A stretch of DNA of 64,000 bases from Eubacteriales bacterium. GTDB lineage: Bacteria > Bacillota > Clostridia > Oscillospirales > CAG-272. The stretch spans positions 3,352 through 67,351 of the forward strand of contig JAZKYO010000108.1 in the NCBI GenBank assembly GCA_045612185.1. Reading direction: 5' to 3'. Under the pieces are notes generated by a model that saw only the letters and a list, made by a program, of their open reading frames with translations, made no database searches and was not told the DNA's origin. Made by a program: the position numbers and the translations under genes. Below are positions 17,253 to 27,187 of the stretch, one piece after another (positions within the stretch are counted from its first letter, which is position 1; the number at the start of each line of letters is the position of its first letter).

Positions 17253-18076
17253 TGAACAAAAAGCCTTCATTGCTCTATCGCATGGCGGCAGCTCCTCACG
17301 TCGTGTGGTCTGTTATGTTCATTATCGCGCCGCTTATCTTCGTTATTTATTACGCTTTTACCGACTATGAGGGAAATTTCACGTTCGATAACATTTTTGC
17401 GCTCTCCGAGCATACAGAAACCTTCTTTCTCTCAATAGCCTTCTCGCTTATAGCTACTGTTGTTTGCCTGCTTATAGGCTATCCTTTAGCTTACGCGCTT
17501 ACAAAGATGAAGCCGAGAAACCAGAAAATCCTTATTATGTTGCTTATGCTCCCCATGTGGATGAATCTGCTTATACGCACCTACTCCATGATGGCTATAC
17601 TTGACGACGGAGGATTTATCAACTCGATTCTCTCAATGCTTGGTCTTGGGGAGATTCACGTTATCGGTACTTCCGGTGCGGTTATCTTCGGTATGGTGTA
17701 CAACTTTTTGCCGTACATGGTGCTTCCCATTCACTCTATAATGTCCAAGCTTGACAAAAGGTGCATTGAAGCGGCTGCCGACCTTGGTTGTACCCCTTTC
17801 CAGACCATTACCGAGGTTATTATTCCCCTTACGGTTCCGGGCATTATATCGGGAATAACCATGGTTTTCGTGCCTTCCATAAGCACTTTCTATATTTCAC
17901 AAAAGCTTGGCGGAGGTACGTTTGACCTTATAGGAGACACTATTGAGCGCCAATTCATGAACCCGTCCACCTACAACGTGGGTGCGGCTATTTCCTTGGT
18001 TATGATGATACTTATTCTTATTTCCGTGGGAATAATGAACAAGTTCTCAGACGGTGAAGGAGGTGTAATGCCGTGA
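17252..18076 (+). CDS. potB: Spermidine/putrescine ABC transporter permease
   Basis: 274-aa multi-TM permease. Its start overlaps the potA stop (TAATG). The operon order is potA-B-C-D. Confidence 0.9.
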   Translation: MNKKPSLLYRMAAAPHVVWSVMFIIAPLIFVIYYAFTDYEGNFTFDNIFALSEHTETFFLSIAFSLIATVVCLLIGYPLAYALTKMKPRNQKILIMLLMLPMWMNLLIRTYSMMAILDDGGFINSILSMLGLGEIHVIGTSGAVIFGMVYNFLPYMVLPIHSIMSKLDKRCIEAAADLGCTPFQTITEVIIPLTVPGIISGITMVFVPSISTFYISQKLGGGTFDLIGDTIERQFMNPSTYNVGAAISLVMMILILISVGIMNKFSDGEGGVMP

Positions 18077-18918
18077 AGCACATTTCAAAAATTTACACAA
18101 CCATCATATTCGCGATACTTTACGCGCCTATTCTCGTTCTTATTCTTTTCTCGTTCAACAATACCGCCAATACCGGCAAGTTCACAGGCTTTTCTCTGTA
18201 TTGGTACAAGGAGCTGTTCAGCAGTGCTACAACCTTTGTGGCGTTAAAGAACACGCTTATTCTTGCCGTAGCATCGGCGATTATAGCTACGGTAATAGGA
18301 ACCGCTGCGGCTGTGGGCATAGCTAAAATGAAAAACAAATACGTAAAGACTGCTATTATGTCTACAACCAACATTCCTATGATGAACCCGGACATCGTTA
18401 CCGGTGTTTCAATGATGTTGCTTTTCGTTTTTGTGGGAACGCTTATAGGAACTACCGAAAAGCTGAGCTTTTTCACGCTTCTTATAGCTCACATAACCTT
18501 TAATATTCCTTACGTAATCCTGTCGGTTCTGCCGAAAATACGAATGATGGATAAGCATTTGTCCGAGGCGGCGCTTGACTTGGGTTGCACACCTTTGCAG
18601 GCATTCTTCAAGGTAGAGCTTCCCGCCATTATGTCGGGGGTTATAACGGGCTTTATCATGGCGTTTACACTCTCGCTTGATGACTTTGTTATAAGTTATT
18701 TTACAAGCGGAAGCGATTTCCAAACACTTCCTATTCTTATTTATTCAATGACTAAAAAGGAAGTAAAGCCTGATATTTATGCTTTGTCCACGCTTATGAT
18801 CGTAGCTATTTTGGCGCTTTTGATTCTTTCCAATCTGCACAGTGAAAGAGACGTCAAAATACAAAAGAAAAGCGCAAACAGCAAGAAAGTCAAAGAGATC
18901 GGAGGCAAGGTATATTGA
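18073..18918 (+). CDS. potC: Spermidine/putrescine ABC transporter permease
   Basis: 281-aa multi-TM permease with a 4-nt overlap with potB. It includes the EAALDLGCTPLQAFFKVELP loop. Confidence 0.9.
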   Translation: MKHISKIYTTIIFAILYAPILVLILFSFNNTANTGKFTGFSLYWYKELFSSATTFVALKNTLILAVASAIIATVIGTAAAVGIAKMKNKYVKTAIMSTTNIPMMNPDIVTGVSMMLLFVFVGTLIGTTEKLSFFTLLIAHITFNIPYVILSVLPKIRMMDKHLSEAALDLGCTPLQAFFKVELPAIMSGVITGFIMAFTLSLDDFVISYFTSGSDFQTLPILIYSMTKKEVKPDIYALSTLMIVAILALLILSNLHSERDVKIQKKSANSKKVKEIGGKVY

Positions 18919-20129
18919 AAAAATCAGCTATTGTTATCCTTCTTGGGCTTCTTGCGATACTTGTGCTTTCGTCCTGCTCATCTGAAAAAGCTCTCACTCT
19001 CAACGTTTATAACTGGGGTGAGTACATATCAGACGGTTCAGAAGGCACGCTTGACGTAAACCAAGCCTTTGAGGAGTATTATTACGAAACTCACGGAGTT
19101 AAGTTAAACGTCAACTACACAACCTACGCATCCAACGAGGATATGTACGCGAAGCTTGTAAGCGGAGCGACGTCTTATGACATAGTTATTCCCTCAGAGT
19201 ACATGATTGAGAGAATGATAAACGAAGGTATGCTTGAAAAGCTTGACTTTAACAACATTCCCAACTATCAGTATATTGCGGAGGAGTTTAAAACTCAGTA
19301 CAACTATTACGACCCGAACAACGAATACACAGTCCCCTACACCTTCGGTCTGGTTGGCGTGATGTACAACGTTGAACGCATAGACGAGGCTGACGTTGGA
19401 AGCTGGGACCTCCTGTGGAATGAGAAATACACAGGTAAGATTCTTCAGTTCAACAACTCCCGCGATGCTTTCGGAACGGCACTTTACCGCGAAGGCTTAA
19501 GCGTAAACACCACGAAAAGAGCTGATTGGGAAAAGGCACTTGAACAGTTGAAGCTTCAAAAGCCCTTGATTCAAAGCTACGTAATGGATGAGATCTTCAA
19601 CAAGATGAAGACAAATTCCGCACTGATTGCGCCATATTACGCAGGTGATTTTCTTTCGATATATGAGGAAAATGACGAGTTGGCTTTCTTCTTTCCAAAA
19701 GAAGGAACAAACATTTTCGTTGATGCTATGTGTATCCCCAAAGGCTCTCCAAACAAGGCTATTGCTGAGGAATACATCAACTTTATGTTGAGCGAAGAAG
19801 TCGCTGTAGCAAACGCTGAGTATACCTATTACGCGTCCCCAAATACTCTCGTCCAAAACAACAAGGGCTATCAGGAAACTATGAGTGAGATTCACGAGGA
19901 TGCCATGGATATTCTCTACGGCTCTATTGGTACGATAAAAGCCGAATTTTATGAGAACATGGACCCCGAAACTCTTATTATGGTAAACGAGCTTTGGGAA
20001 CAGTTAAAAATCGAAAGTTCGGTTGGCGGAACGGTATACACCATCTGCTATGTCATCATCGGAGTTATAGTGGCAGGTTTTATTTATCACTATATCAAGA
20101 AGAAAAAGCGCGAGGCGCTTTACGATTAA
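18915..20129 (+). CDS. potD: Spermidine/putrescine-binding lipoprotein with an extra C-terminal TM anchor
   Basis: Lipobox LVLSSC|SS. PotD-like body (LNVYNWGEYISD..., IVIPSEYMIERM). The C-terminal hydrophobic helix VYTICYVIIGVIVAGFIYHYI is followed by KKKKRE. Confidence 0.88.
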   Translation: MKKSAIVILLGLLAILVLSSCSSEKALTLNVYNWGEYISDGSEGTLDVNQAFEEYYYETHGVKLNVNYTTYASNEDMYAKLVSGATSYDIVIPSEYMIERMINEGMLEKLDFNNIPNYQYIAEEFKTQYNYYDPNNEYTVPYTFGLVGVMYNVERIDEADVGSWDLLWNEKYTGKILQFNNSRDAFGTALYREGLSVNTTKRADWEKALEQLKLQKPLIQSYVMDEIFNKMKTNSALIAPYYAGDFLSIYEENDELAFFFPKEGTNIFVDAMCIPKGSPNKAIAEEYINFMLSEEVAVANAEYTYYASPNTLVQNNKGYQETMSEIHEDAMDILYGSIGTIKAEFYENMDPETLIMVNELWEQLKIESSVGGTVYTICYVIIGVIVAGFIYHYIKKKKREALYD

Positions 20130-20136
20130 CTAAAAA

Positions 20137-20162
20137 ATCCGCCGAAAATCGGCGGATTTTTT
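20137..20162 (+). terminator. Rho-independent terminator after potD
   Basis: Stem ATCCGCCG/CGGCGGAT (20137-20144 with 20150-20157) followed by a T-run. Confidence 0.8.
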
Positions 20163-20241
20163 ACATATGCTATTGCAAAATATTTTGAAATGTGGTAAAA
20201 TAATAAAATGTACAGAATGTAACACAAGGAGAACATAGATT

Positions 20242-21441
20242 ATGGAATACAATTTTTCAGACAGCTTTAAAAATCTTCAGCCCTCGGCTATCCGTGAGAT
20301 TTTTAAAAGCCTTACCGACCCAACTATAATTTCTTTCGCAGCGGGGAATCCTTCCCCCGAATCTTTCCCCGTAAAGGAGCTTTCAAAGCTTGCGGCTGAT
20401 ATATTCGCAAATACGTCCTCTCAGGCGCTTCAGTACGGAATTACCGAGGGCTTTCCCGGTCTTCGCGAGGAAATAGCAAAGAGACAAAAATCACGCTTCG
20501 GAATCGGACGCGATTTTGATATGACCATCGTTACGTCGGGCGGTCAGCAGGGGCTTGAGCTTTGCTGCAGAGTCCTCTGCAACCCCGGTGATGTGGTGCT
20601 TTGCGAAAATCCCAGCTTTATAGGCGCACTTAACGCGTTCCGCGCTTGCGGTGCTAAAACCGTAGGCATTCCCATGGACGAGGACGGAGTCAACGTCGCG
20701 GCACTCGAAGAACTTGTAAAAAACACGGCAAACGTAAAGCTTATATACGTTATTCCTACTTTCCAGAATCCTCGAGGTTCTTCCACGTCTCTCGCAAAGA
20801 GAAAAGAAATTTACAGAATCGCCAAGGAAAACGGAATAGTTATTCTTGAGGACAACCCCTACGGAGAGCTTCGCTTTGCGGGAGCGGAGATTCCCACCAT
20901 CAAGAGCTTTGACGAGGACGGAATTGTGGTTTACTGCTCTTCTTTCTCAAAGATTCTTTCGGCGGGTATGCGTGTTGGCTTTGTTATCGGCCCTGCAGAC
21001 CTTCTCCAAAAAATGGTTGTCGCAAAGCAGTGCGAGGACGTTCATACCAACAATTTCTTCCAGATGCTTTGCTACAAATACGTTACCGAGTGCGACCTTG
21101 ACGCGCACATCGAAAAGATTCGCGCAATTTATCGCCACAAGTGTAATCTCATGCTTGATACACTTGACAAGGAGATGCCGAAGGAAGTTAAATACACACG
21201 TCCTGAGGGAGGCTTGTTTATTTGGTGTACTCTTCCCGACGGTCTTGACTCGGGTGAGTTTGCTAAATTTGCTATCAGCAAAAAGATAGCGGTAGTTCCC
21301 GGCTCTACCTTTAACTGCGATACAAAAGCCCCCTCCGATTCTTTCAGAATCAACTACTCCACACCTTCGGACGAACAAATAGTCAATGGTGTTAAAATAC
21401 TTGCGGAAGCAGCACGCGAATACATCGCTTCCAAGAGATAA
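20242..21441 (+). CDS. PLP-dependent aminotransferase, class I/II (2-aminoadipate/aromatic aminotransferase-like)
   Basis: FAAGNPSPESFP, IYVIPTFQNPRG, and the PLP-lysine motif SSFSKILSAGMRVGF. Confidence 0.88.
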   Translation: MEYNFSDSFKNLQPSAIREIFKSLTDPTIISFAAGNPSPESFPVKELSKLAADIFANTSSQALQYGITEGFPGLREEIAKRQKSRFGIGRDFDMTIVTSGGQQGLELCCRVLCNPGDVVLCENPSFIGALNAFRACGAKTVGIPMDEDGVNVAALEELVKNTANVKLIYVIPTFQNPRGSSTSLAKRKEIYRIAKENGIVILEDNPYGELRFAGAEIPTIKSFDEDGIVVYCSSFSKILSAGMRVGFVIGPADLLQKMVVAKQCEDVHTNNFFQMLCYKYVTECDLDAHIEKIRAIYRHKCNLMLDTLDKEMPKEVKYTRPEGGLFIWCTLPDGLDSGEFAKFAISKKIAVVPGSTFNCDTKAPSDSFRINYSTPSDEQIVNGVKILAEAAREYIASKR

Positions 21442-21456
21442 GAAAGGATTTTTACT

Positions 21457-22452
21457 ATGTTAGACGGAAAAAAGGTATCTTATTCCGGTGTTCAGCCCAG
21501 CGGAAACCTCACAATAGGAAATTATCTCGGAGCTATCAAGAATTTTTCGGCGTACTCCGACGAATACAAATGCTTTTACTGCGTAGTTGACTCGCACGCC
21601 ATTACCGTGCGCCAAGTTCCCGCAGAGCTTCGCAGACGCACATACGAGACGCTCGCGCTTTATATGGCTTGCGGTCTTGACCCCGAGAAAAACACGCTTT
21701 ACGTACAGTCTCACGTTCCCGCTCACACAGAGCTTGCTTGGATTCTCAACTGCTTTACCATGTTTGGAGAACTTTCGAGAATGACACAGTTCAAGGACAA
21801 AAGCGAGCGCCACGCAGACAACGTAAACGCGGGACTTTTCACATACCCCGTACTTATGGCATCAGACATTATGCTTTATCAGACCGACGTCGTTCCGGTA
21901 GGTATTGACCAAAAGCAACACGTTGAGCTTTGCAGAAATATAGTTGCAAGATTCAACCAGCTCTACCCCGACACCTTTACCATGCCCGAACCTATTATTT
22001 CAAAGGACAGCATGAAGATTGCCTCTCTTCAGGAACCCACGAAAAAGATGAGCAAATCGGACGAAAACGTAAACGCTGTGGTATATATTCTTGATGACAA
22101 GGACACAATAATAAGGAAATTCAAACGTGCCGTTACCGATTCGGACACCTGCGTTAAATTTGCGCCCGAAAAGCACGGAATTAACAACCTTATGACGATT
22201 TATTCTTGCTTTACGGGCAAGAGCTTTGAAGAAATTGAACGCGAATTTGACGGACGCGGCTACGGCGATTTCAAGCTTGCCGTAGGTGAGGCTTGCGCTG
22301 ACGCGCTTGCCCCCGTTCAACAGAGATTCGCTGAGCTTATTGCCGACAAGGCTTACCTTGAAACGCTTATGAAAAAAGGCGCTGACGAGGCGGCATACTA
22401 TGCTCGCAAGACGCTTTCCAAAGTTAAGAGAAAGCTTGGATTCGTTCAATAA
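21457..22452 (+). CDS. trpS: Tryptophan--tRNA ligase
   Basis: GVQPSGNLTIGNYLGA (HIGH-region equivalent), VPVGIDQKQHVEL, and KMSKS. Confidence 0.95.
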   Translation: MLDGKKVSYSGVQPSGNLTIGNYLGAIKNFSAYSDEYKCFYCVVDSHAITVRQVPAELRRRTYETLALYMACGLDPEKNTLYVQSHVPAHTELAWILNCFTMFGELSRMTQFKDKSERHADNVNAGLFTYPVLMASDIMLYQTDVVPVGIDQKQHVELCRNIVARFNQLYPDTFTMPEPIISKDSMKIASLQEPTKKMSKSDENVNAVVYILDDKDTIIRKFKRAVTDSDTCVKFAPEKHGINNLMTIYSCFTGKSFEEIEREFDGRGYGDFKLAVGEACADALAPVQQRFAELIADKAYLETLMKKGADEAAYYARKTLSKVKRKLGFVQ

Positions 22453-22488
22453 AAACCAATGAGGTAACGGCGGAATTGGAGAGCTGTA

Positions 22489-23397
22489 TTGATTTTGGAA
22501 ATGTCCAAGGCTCTTGTTTATACCGCCGTTTTCTCTTTGCTTATCACTCCTGCTGATTTCAGGCTTGCCAAGTCGGTGGGGGCTATAGATATCCCTAAAG
22601 ACGCTCGGCGAATGCATACAAGACCGATACCCAGGCTTGGTGGGATTTCTATATTTGCGTCCTTCGTTATTCTCTGCTTGTTTTTACAAAAAGAAATCGC
22701 ACCCGACTTTTTATTTGTCTTATCGGGTGCGTTTTTTATTACAGTTTTGGGAGTAACTGACGACGCTTTAGGTCTATCGGCAAAATTCAAGCTTACCGCG
22801 CAAGTATTAATATCGGCAACAGTTGCATTTGGAATAAGTTATTTCGAAGATTGGAATCCGATTCTAATACCGCTTGGTATTGTTTGGCTGTTAACACTTA
22901 TCAACGCCCACAATTTTATAGACGGACTTAACGGGCTGTGCGCGGGAATCGCTATAATTGAATCATTTGCTTTAGGCGTTTTATTCATTTTGGGCGGCAA
23001 CACGCTTGAGGCGCTCGTTTGCTTTATTCTCTGTGGAGCTTGCGTAGGCTTTCTTCCCTACAACTCTCCAAAAGCCAAGCTTTTTATGGGAGACACCGGC
23101 TCTACGTTTATAGGTTTTACCTTGGGAGTACTTTCTCTTGAGCTCCTTAACGGTAGCAACGGTTTTGCCGATTTTTGCTCTGTAATCTTGATTCTGATAT
23201 TTCCATTGATCGATATTTCTTTTGCCGTCACCCGAAGAATTTTGAAAGGTCAAAGCCCCTTTGTGTCCGACCGTTCTCACATTCACCATTTCATTGCCGA
23301 CAGAGTGGGACACCGTCAAGCCTCCGTTTTAATCAGAATATCTGCATTGATTTCAGCGACCTTGGGAATATTGCTATACCTTACTTTTTCCTCTTAG
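22489..23397 (+). CDS. Polyprenyl-phosphate N-acetylhexosamine-1-phosphate transferase (MraY/WecA/TagO family), short
   Basis: RRMHTRPIPRLGGISIF, NAHNFIDGLNGLCAG and FMGDTGSTFIGF; multi-TM. The TTG start lies after GGAGAG. Confidence 0.85.
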   Translation: MILEMSKALVYTAVFSLLITPADFRLAKSVGAIDIPKDARRMHTRPIPRLGGISIFASFVILCLFLQKEIAPDFLFVLSGAFFITVLGVTDDALGLSAKFKLTAQVLISATVAFGISYFEDWNPILIPLGIVWLLTLINAHNFIDGLNGLCAGIAIIESFALGVLFILGGNTLEALVCFILCGACVGFLPYNSPKAKLFMGDTGSTFIGFTLGVLSLELLNGSNGFADFCSVILILIFPLIDISFAVTRRILKGQSPFVSDRSHIHHFIADRVGHRQASVLIRISALISATLGILLYLTFSS

Positions 23398-24208
23398 ATT
23401 TGCGGTATTCCCGCGGGCTGATTCCGTACGTTCGCTTGAATATTTTTGAAAAATAATTGTAGTCCGGAACACCGCACCGTCTACCTATTTCATTTACAGG
23501 CAAGGCGGTGCTTTCCAGATACTCGCAAGCCTTACCAAGCCTGCGCGATTTGATATACTCCGCAGGAGTTGCTCTGAAATATCGTTTAAAAATAGAATAT
23601 ATTTCGCTGTGGGAAAGGTGAAAGACCGAACAAAGCTTTGGTACTGACAAGTCATCTGCCATGTTATTGTTTATGTATTTTCCAATGGCGACGTCTATTC
23701 TGTTTTCCGAATAATCTATCAGATTTTTCAAATATTCGTAGCTTGTGCATGCGTCAAGAATCCGCATGGCTGAATGCAACTTTTCAAGCTCAATGGTGGG
23801 AAGATTGTCATACCTCTCCCTAAGCTTGTCAAGCTTATCCTGTGGAAGTCTGTGGGAAATGCCGTCAAAATCGGCATTTCCCTTTAGTTTTATCTGTCCG
23901 AGAACCATATATCCAATAATTTTTTGGTCGTATACAATAGGCGACATACACTCTAAAAGTCCAGCGTGGCAAGTATAAAAATACTGCTTGTAGTTTTTTC
24001 TGCACTCATCAAAGGCGTGGCGGTCGCACTGTTTGCATCTTTTATCCATTTCTCCGTCCTGCCTCAAAAGCTCGCAAAAGGGAGACAGCTTTTCGGGATA
24101 GAAAGACAGTTCTTCTTCGTCGCTGTCATAAATACACACTTTTAAACCGACAAGATTATAAAAGTCGCGCAACAATTCGCGCATTTGGGCTAAGTTATAA
24201 ATTTCCAT
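23381..24208 (-). CDS. AraC-family transcriptional regulator with an N-terminal PocR sensor domain
   Basis: The N-terminus FYNLVGLKVCIYDSDEEELSFYPEKLSPFCELL...CKQCDRHAFDE...YTCHAGLLE is PocR-like. The C-terminus has an AraC HTH (LSVPKLCSVFHLSHSEIYSIFK..., RCGVPDYNYFSKIFKRTYGISPREY). Confidence 0.88.
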   Translation of the reverse strand: MEIYNLAQMRELLRDFYNLVGLKVCIYDSDEEELSFYPEKLSPFCELLRQDGEMDKRCKQCDRHAFDECRKNYKQYFYTCHAGLLECMSPIVYDQKIIGYMVLGQIKLKGNADFDGISHRLPQDKLDKLRERYDNLPTIELEKLHSAMRILDACTSYEYLKNLIDYSENRIDVAIGKYINNNMADDLSVPKLCSVFHLSHSEIYSIFKRYFRATPAEYIKSRRLGKACEYLESTALPVNEIGRRCGVPDYNYFSKIFKRTYGISPREYRKSKRKK

Positions 24209-24307
24209 ATTGGTATTCCTCTGTACAAAATCACCATATTTATATATAAATTATACTATACCCGAAAAGAAAAATCAAGTACAATTAGAATATAAGGAGG
24301 GGATTTT

Positions 24308-25780
24308 TTGAATTATTTATCTATTGACGTAGGAACCACCTGTTGCAAATGTCAACTTTTTTCAGAGCGCGGTGAAATTCTCGAATATTTTTCCGAGGAA
24401 TACGGCTTTTTAACTGTTGACGGAAGAAACTACATAGACACGGCTAAAATCCTGAGCTGTCTCAAATCCATGATATCCAAAATCGCTGAAAAGCACGAAA
24501 TTTCTTCTTTCTGCGTTTCATCGTTGGGCGAATCCTTTGTTTTGCTTGACAAAGACGACAAACTGATTTTTCCGCCCATGCTGTACACCGATGAGCGAGG
24601 CAGCGACGAGGTTGAGCTAATCTCAAGCAAAATCGGAGCTGAAAAAGCCTTTGAGATTACCGGTGTATTTCCGCACAGTATGTATTCCCTTTCTAAACTG
24701 TTGTGGATAAAAAACAATCACGGTGAGATTTATGAAAAAGCCGACAAGCTGATGTTAGTTGGCGAATACGTAGGTTACCTGCTTTCGGGCAAGCGCGTTA
24801 TTGACTATTCACTTGCTTCAAGAACAGGGGCGTTTGATATTGAAAAGCTCGAATTTTCAAAAGAGATTTTGGACGAGTTTAATATTCCGATTTCGCTCTT
24901 CTCGCGACCGATGCGCGCAGGAGCCGTGGTAGGAGAAATCAGGCAAGAGCTAAAGAATGAGCTTAATATCAAGGGAAATCCGGTGCTTGTACTCGGTTCT
25001 CACGATCAAATCTGCGCCTCGCTTGGCGCGGGCGCGTTAAAAGACGGAGACGCGGTTGACGGAATGGGAACGGTTGAGTGCATAACCGCACTTTTTTCCA
25101 AAAAGGCTGACAATCACGCAATGGGACGTCAGGGATATCCTTGTGTACCTTACGCGGTTGAGGGTATGTACTGCACGTACATTCTTAATTTCTCATGCGG
25201 CTCGGTAATTAATTGGTTTAAAAAGAAAATCATGCACTCCCACAAAGGCGATGATGCGGATTTCTTTACCTATATTGAGAAGAATATACCAAGCACCCCC
25301 TCGGGGCTTTTGGTTCTTCCCTATTTTGGCGGTGCTGCCACACCTTATCAGGATATTTTGGCGCGCGGTGCAATTTGGGGATTGACTTCAGAGACGGAGG
25401 ATTCGGTACTTTACAAGGCGTTAATGGAGGGCTTGGCTATGGAAATGCGCCTTAACGCGGAAACTGTAAAGAATTACTCAATAGAGCTCTCAAACCTCAT
25501 AGCCACGGGTGGAGGCGCAAATTCCGAAAAATGGTTACAGATAAAAGCCGATATTCAAGGGCTTCCAATTAAAGTTCTCCGTTCAAGCGAGGGCGGTCTT
25601 TGCGGATGCGCCATGCTTTCTGCGGTAGCTCTCGGTGGGGCTGAAAGTATTGAAACAGCCAAGGATATATTTGTGAAATACACAAAAGAGTTTTACACAA
25701 ATGAAGAATCGCGCGAGAAATACGCGCCCTATTACGAAAAGTACAAAAAATTATATCATATAACAAAGGAGCTGTATTAA
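24308..25780 (+). CDS. FGGY-family carbohydrate kinase
   Basis: LSIDVGTTCCKCQLF (N-terminal ATPase motif) and ATGGGANSEKWLQIKADIQGLPI. The TTG start lies 7 nt after AAGGAGG. Substrate cannot be assigned by eye. Confidence 0.88.
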   Translation: MNYLSIDVGTTCCKCQLFSERGEILEYFSEEYGFLTVDGRNYIDTAKILSCLKSMISKIAEKHEISSFCVSSLGESFVLLDKDDKLIFPPMLYTDERGSDEVELISSKIGAEKAFEITGVFPHSMYSLSKLLWIKNNHGEIYEKADKLMLVGEYVGYLLSGKRVIDYSLASRTGAFDIEKLEFSKEILDEFNIPISLFSRPMRAGAVVGEIRQELKNELNIKGNPVLVLGSHDQICASLGAGALKDGDAVDGMGTVECITALFSKKADNHAMGRQGYPCVPYAVEGMYCTYILNFSCGSVINWFKKKIMHSHKGDDADFFTYIEKNIPSTPSGLLVLPYFGGAATPYQDILARGAIWGLTSETEDSVLYKALMEGLAMEMRLNAETVKNYSIELSNLIATGGGANSEKWLQIKADIQGLPIKVLRSSEGGLCGCAMLSAVALGGAESIETAKDIFVKYTKEFYTNEESREKYAPYYEKYKKLYHITKELY

Positions 25781-25781
25781 A

Positions 25782-27176
25782 ATGAAATTTGCTTTGTATT
25801 TTGGAAACAGAGGCTTTATGCCTGCAGAACTTATTGAAGGCGCAAGAGTTGACATGATTAAGGCTGTTACCGACGCTGGACACGAATATCTCGTTATGGA
25901 CGAAAAGGCTACCCGTTACGGTGCGGTTGAGACACGTGACGAAGGCAGACTTTATCACGACTGGCTTAAAAGTCACGAGGGTGAATATGACGGCGTTATT
26001 CTTTGTATGCCTATTTTCATTGATGAAAACGGGGCTATAGCCGCGCTTCAGGATGCGGGTGTTCCGATTCTTATGCAAGCTTATCCCGACGAGATCGGAA
26101 AAATGGATTTCAAGCACCGCCGCGACGCGTACTGCGGAAAATTCTCGGCAACCGACGTTTTCTATCAGTACAAAGTTCCATTTACCGTTATGAAGCCTCA
26201 CGTTGTTCACCCTTTGAGCGACGCATTCAAGCAAAATCTTGCGGATTTCGCCGCTATCTGCCGAGTTGTTAAGGGTATGAAGCGCTTTAATCTCGGTTGT
26301 ATCGGCGCAAGAACAACCGCTTTCAAGACCGTTAGATTTGACGAAGTAACTCTTCAGAGATACGGCATAAATCTTGAAAGTTTTGACCTTTCGGAGCTTA
26401 TTTTCAAGGTTGGTCAAAAGGCTGATGACGATGCGGCTGTCATAGCTAAACAGAAGAGACTTGAGGCTTACACAGACTTCTCGCTCGTTCCCGAAAAAAG
26501 CAAGACCATGCTTGCGAAAATTTCAGTAGTTATTGACGAGTACATAGAAGAATATCACCTTGACGCCATTGCATTAAGATGCTGGAACGAAATGGAGACC
26601 ATTCTTCGCGTTTGTCCTTGCGTACTCATTTCTGAGCTTAACGACAGAGGTATTGTATGCTCTTGCGAAATTGACATCACAAGCGCTATCACCATGAGAG
26701 CTATGGCACTCGCTTCTGAAAAGCCTACCGCCTGCCTTGACTGGAACAACAACTACGGTGATGACGAGAACAAGGTTATTCTTTTCCACTGCGGTCCTGT
26801 GGCGCAGTCGCTTATGGCAGGAAAAGGACAGGTTACCGAACATAAAATGTTCGCCAAAAACGATCCCGGCTGCGGTTGGGGTACAAACGAGGGACGCATT
26901 GCGGCGTTCGACATGACCTTCTCCAACGGATTTACCGAGGACGGCAAGCTTAAGGTTTACGTAAGCGAAGGAAAATTCACGGACGAGCCTATCGAAAAAG
27001 CATACTTTGGATGCGGCGGCGTAGCTGAGATTCCCGACCTTCAGAATAAGCTTATAAAACTTGCCAAGGGTGGATTTAAACACCATACAACGGTAGGCAT
27101 GGGACACATGAAATACGTTCTTGAGGAAGCATTTACCACTTATCTCGGCTACGAGCTGATAGATATTGAAAATTAA
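25782..27176 (+). CDS. L-fucose/L-arabinose isomerase family protein
   Basis: 464 aa starting MKFALYFGNRGFMPAELIEGAR, with ...ALRCWNEMETILRVCPCVLISELND... This is a FucI/AraA-like architecture. The gene starts 1 nt after the kinase stop. Confidence 0.8.
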   Translation: MKFALYFGNRGFMPAELIEGARVDMIKAVTDAGHEYLVMDEKATRYGAVETRDEGRLYHDWLKSHEGEYDGVILCMPIFIDENGAIAALQDAGVPILMQAYPDEIGKMDFKHRRDAYCGKFSATDVFYQYKVPFTVMKPHVVHPLSDAFKQNLADFAAICRVVKGMKRFNLGCIGARTTAFKTVRFDEVTLQRYGINLESFDLSELIFKVGQKADDDAAVIAKQKRLEAYTDFSLVPEKSKTMLAKISVVIDEYIEEYHLDAIALRCWNEMETILRVCPCVLISELNDRGIVCSCEIDITSAITMRAMALASEKPTACLDWNNNYGDDENKVILFHCGPVAQSLMAGKGQVTEHKMFAKNDPGCGWGTNEGRIAAFDMTFSNGFTEDGKLKVYVSEGKFTDEPIEKAYFGCGGVAEIPDLQNKLIKLAKGGFKHHTTVGMGHMKYVLEEAFTTYLGYELIDIEN

Positions 27177-27187
27177 GGAGAATAAAA

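Noticed and set aside
21442-21456. A T-box leader expected upstream of trpS.
   Set aside because: Only 15 nt separate trpS from the aminotransferase gene. The 80-nt region upstream of the aminotransferase holds just a promoter and an RBS, which is too short for a T-box, and no specifier or T-box sequence is seen.
25569-27107. Antisense ORFs of 282 aa (25569..26417) and 177 aa (26574..27107) opposite the isomerase gene. Similar cases are 56730..57641 opposite rhaA, 57989..58735 opposite the paralog, 48659..49612 opposite recJ, 22000..22617 opposite trpS, and 39484..40041 opposite mazG.
   Set aside because: The sense-strand genes have unambiguous family motifs. The antisense translations are low-complexity and lack start signals.
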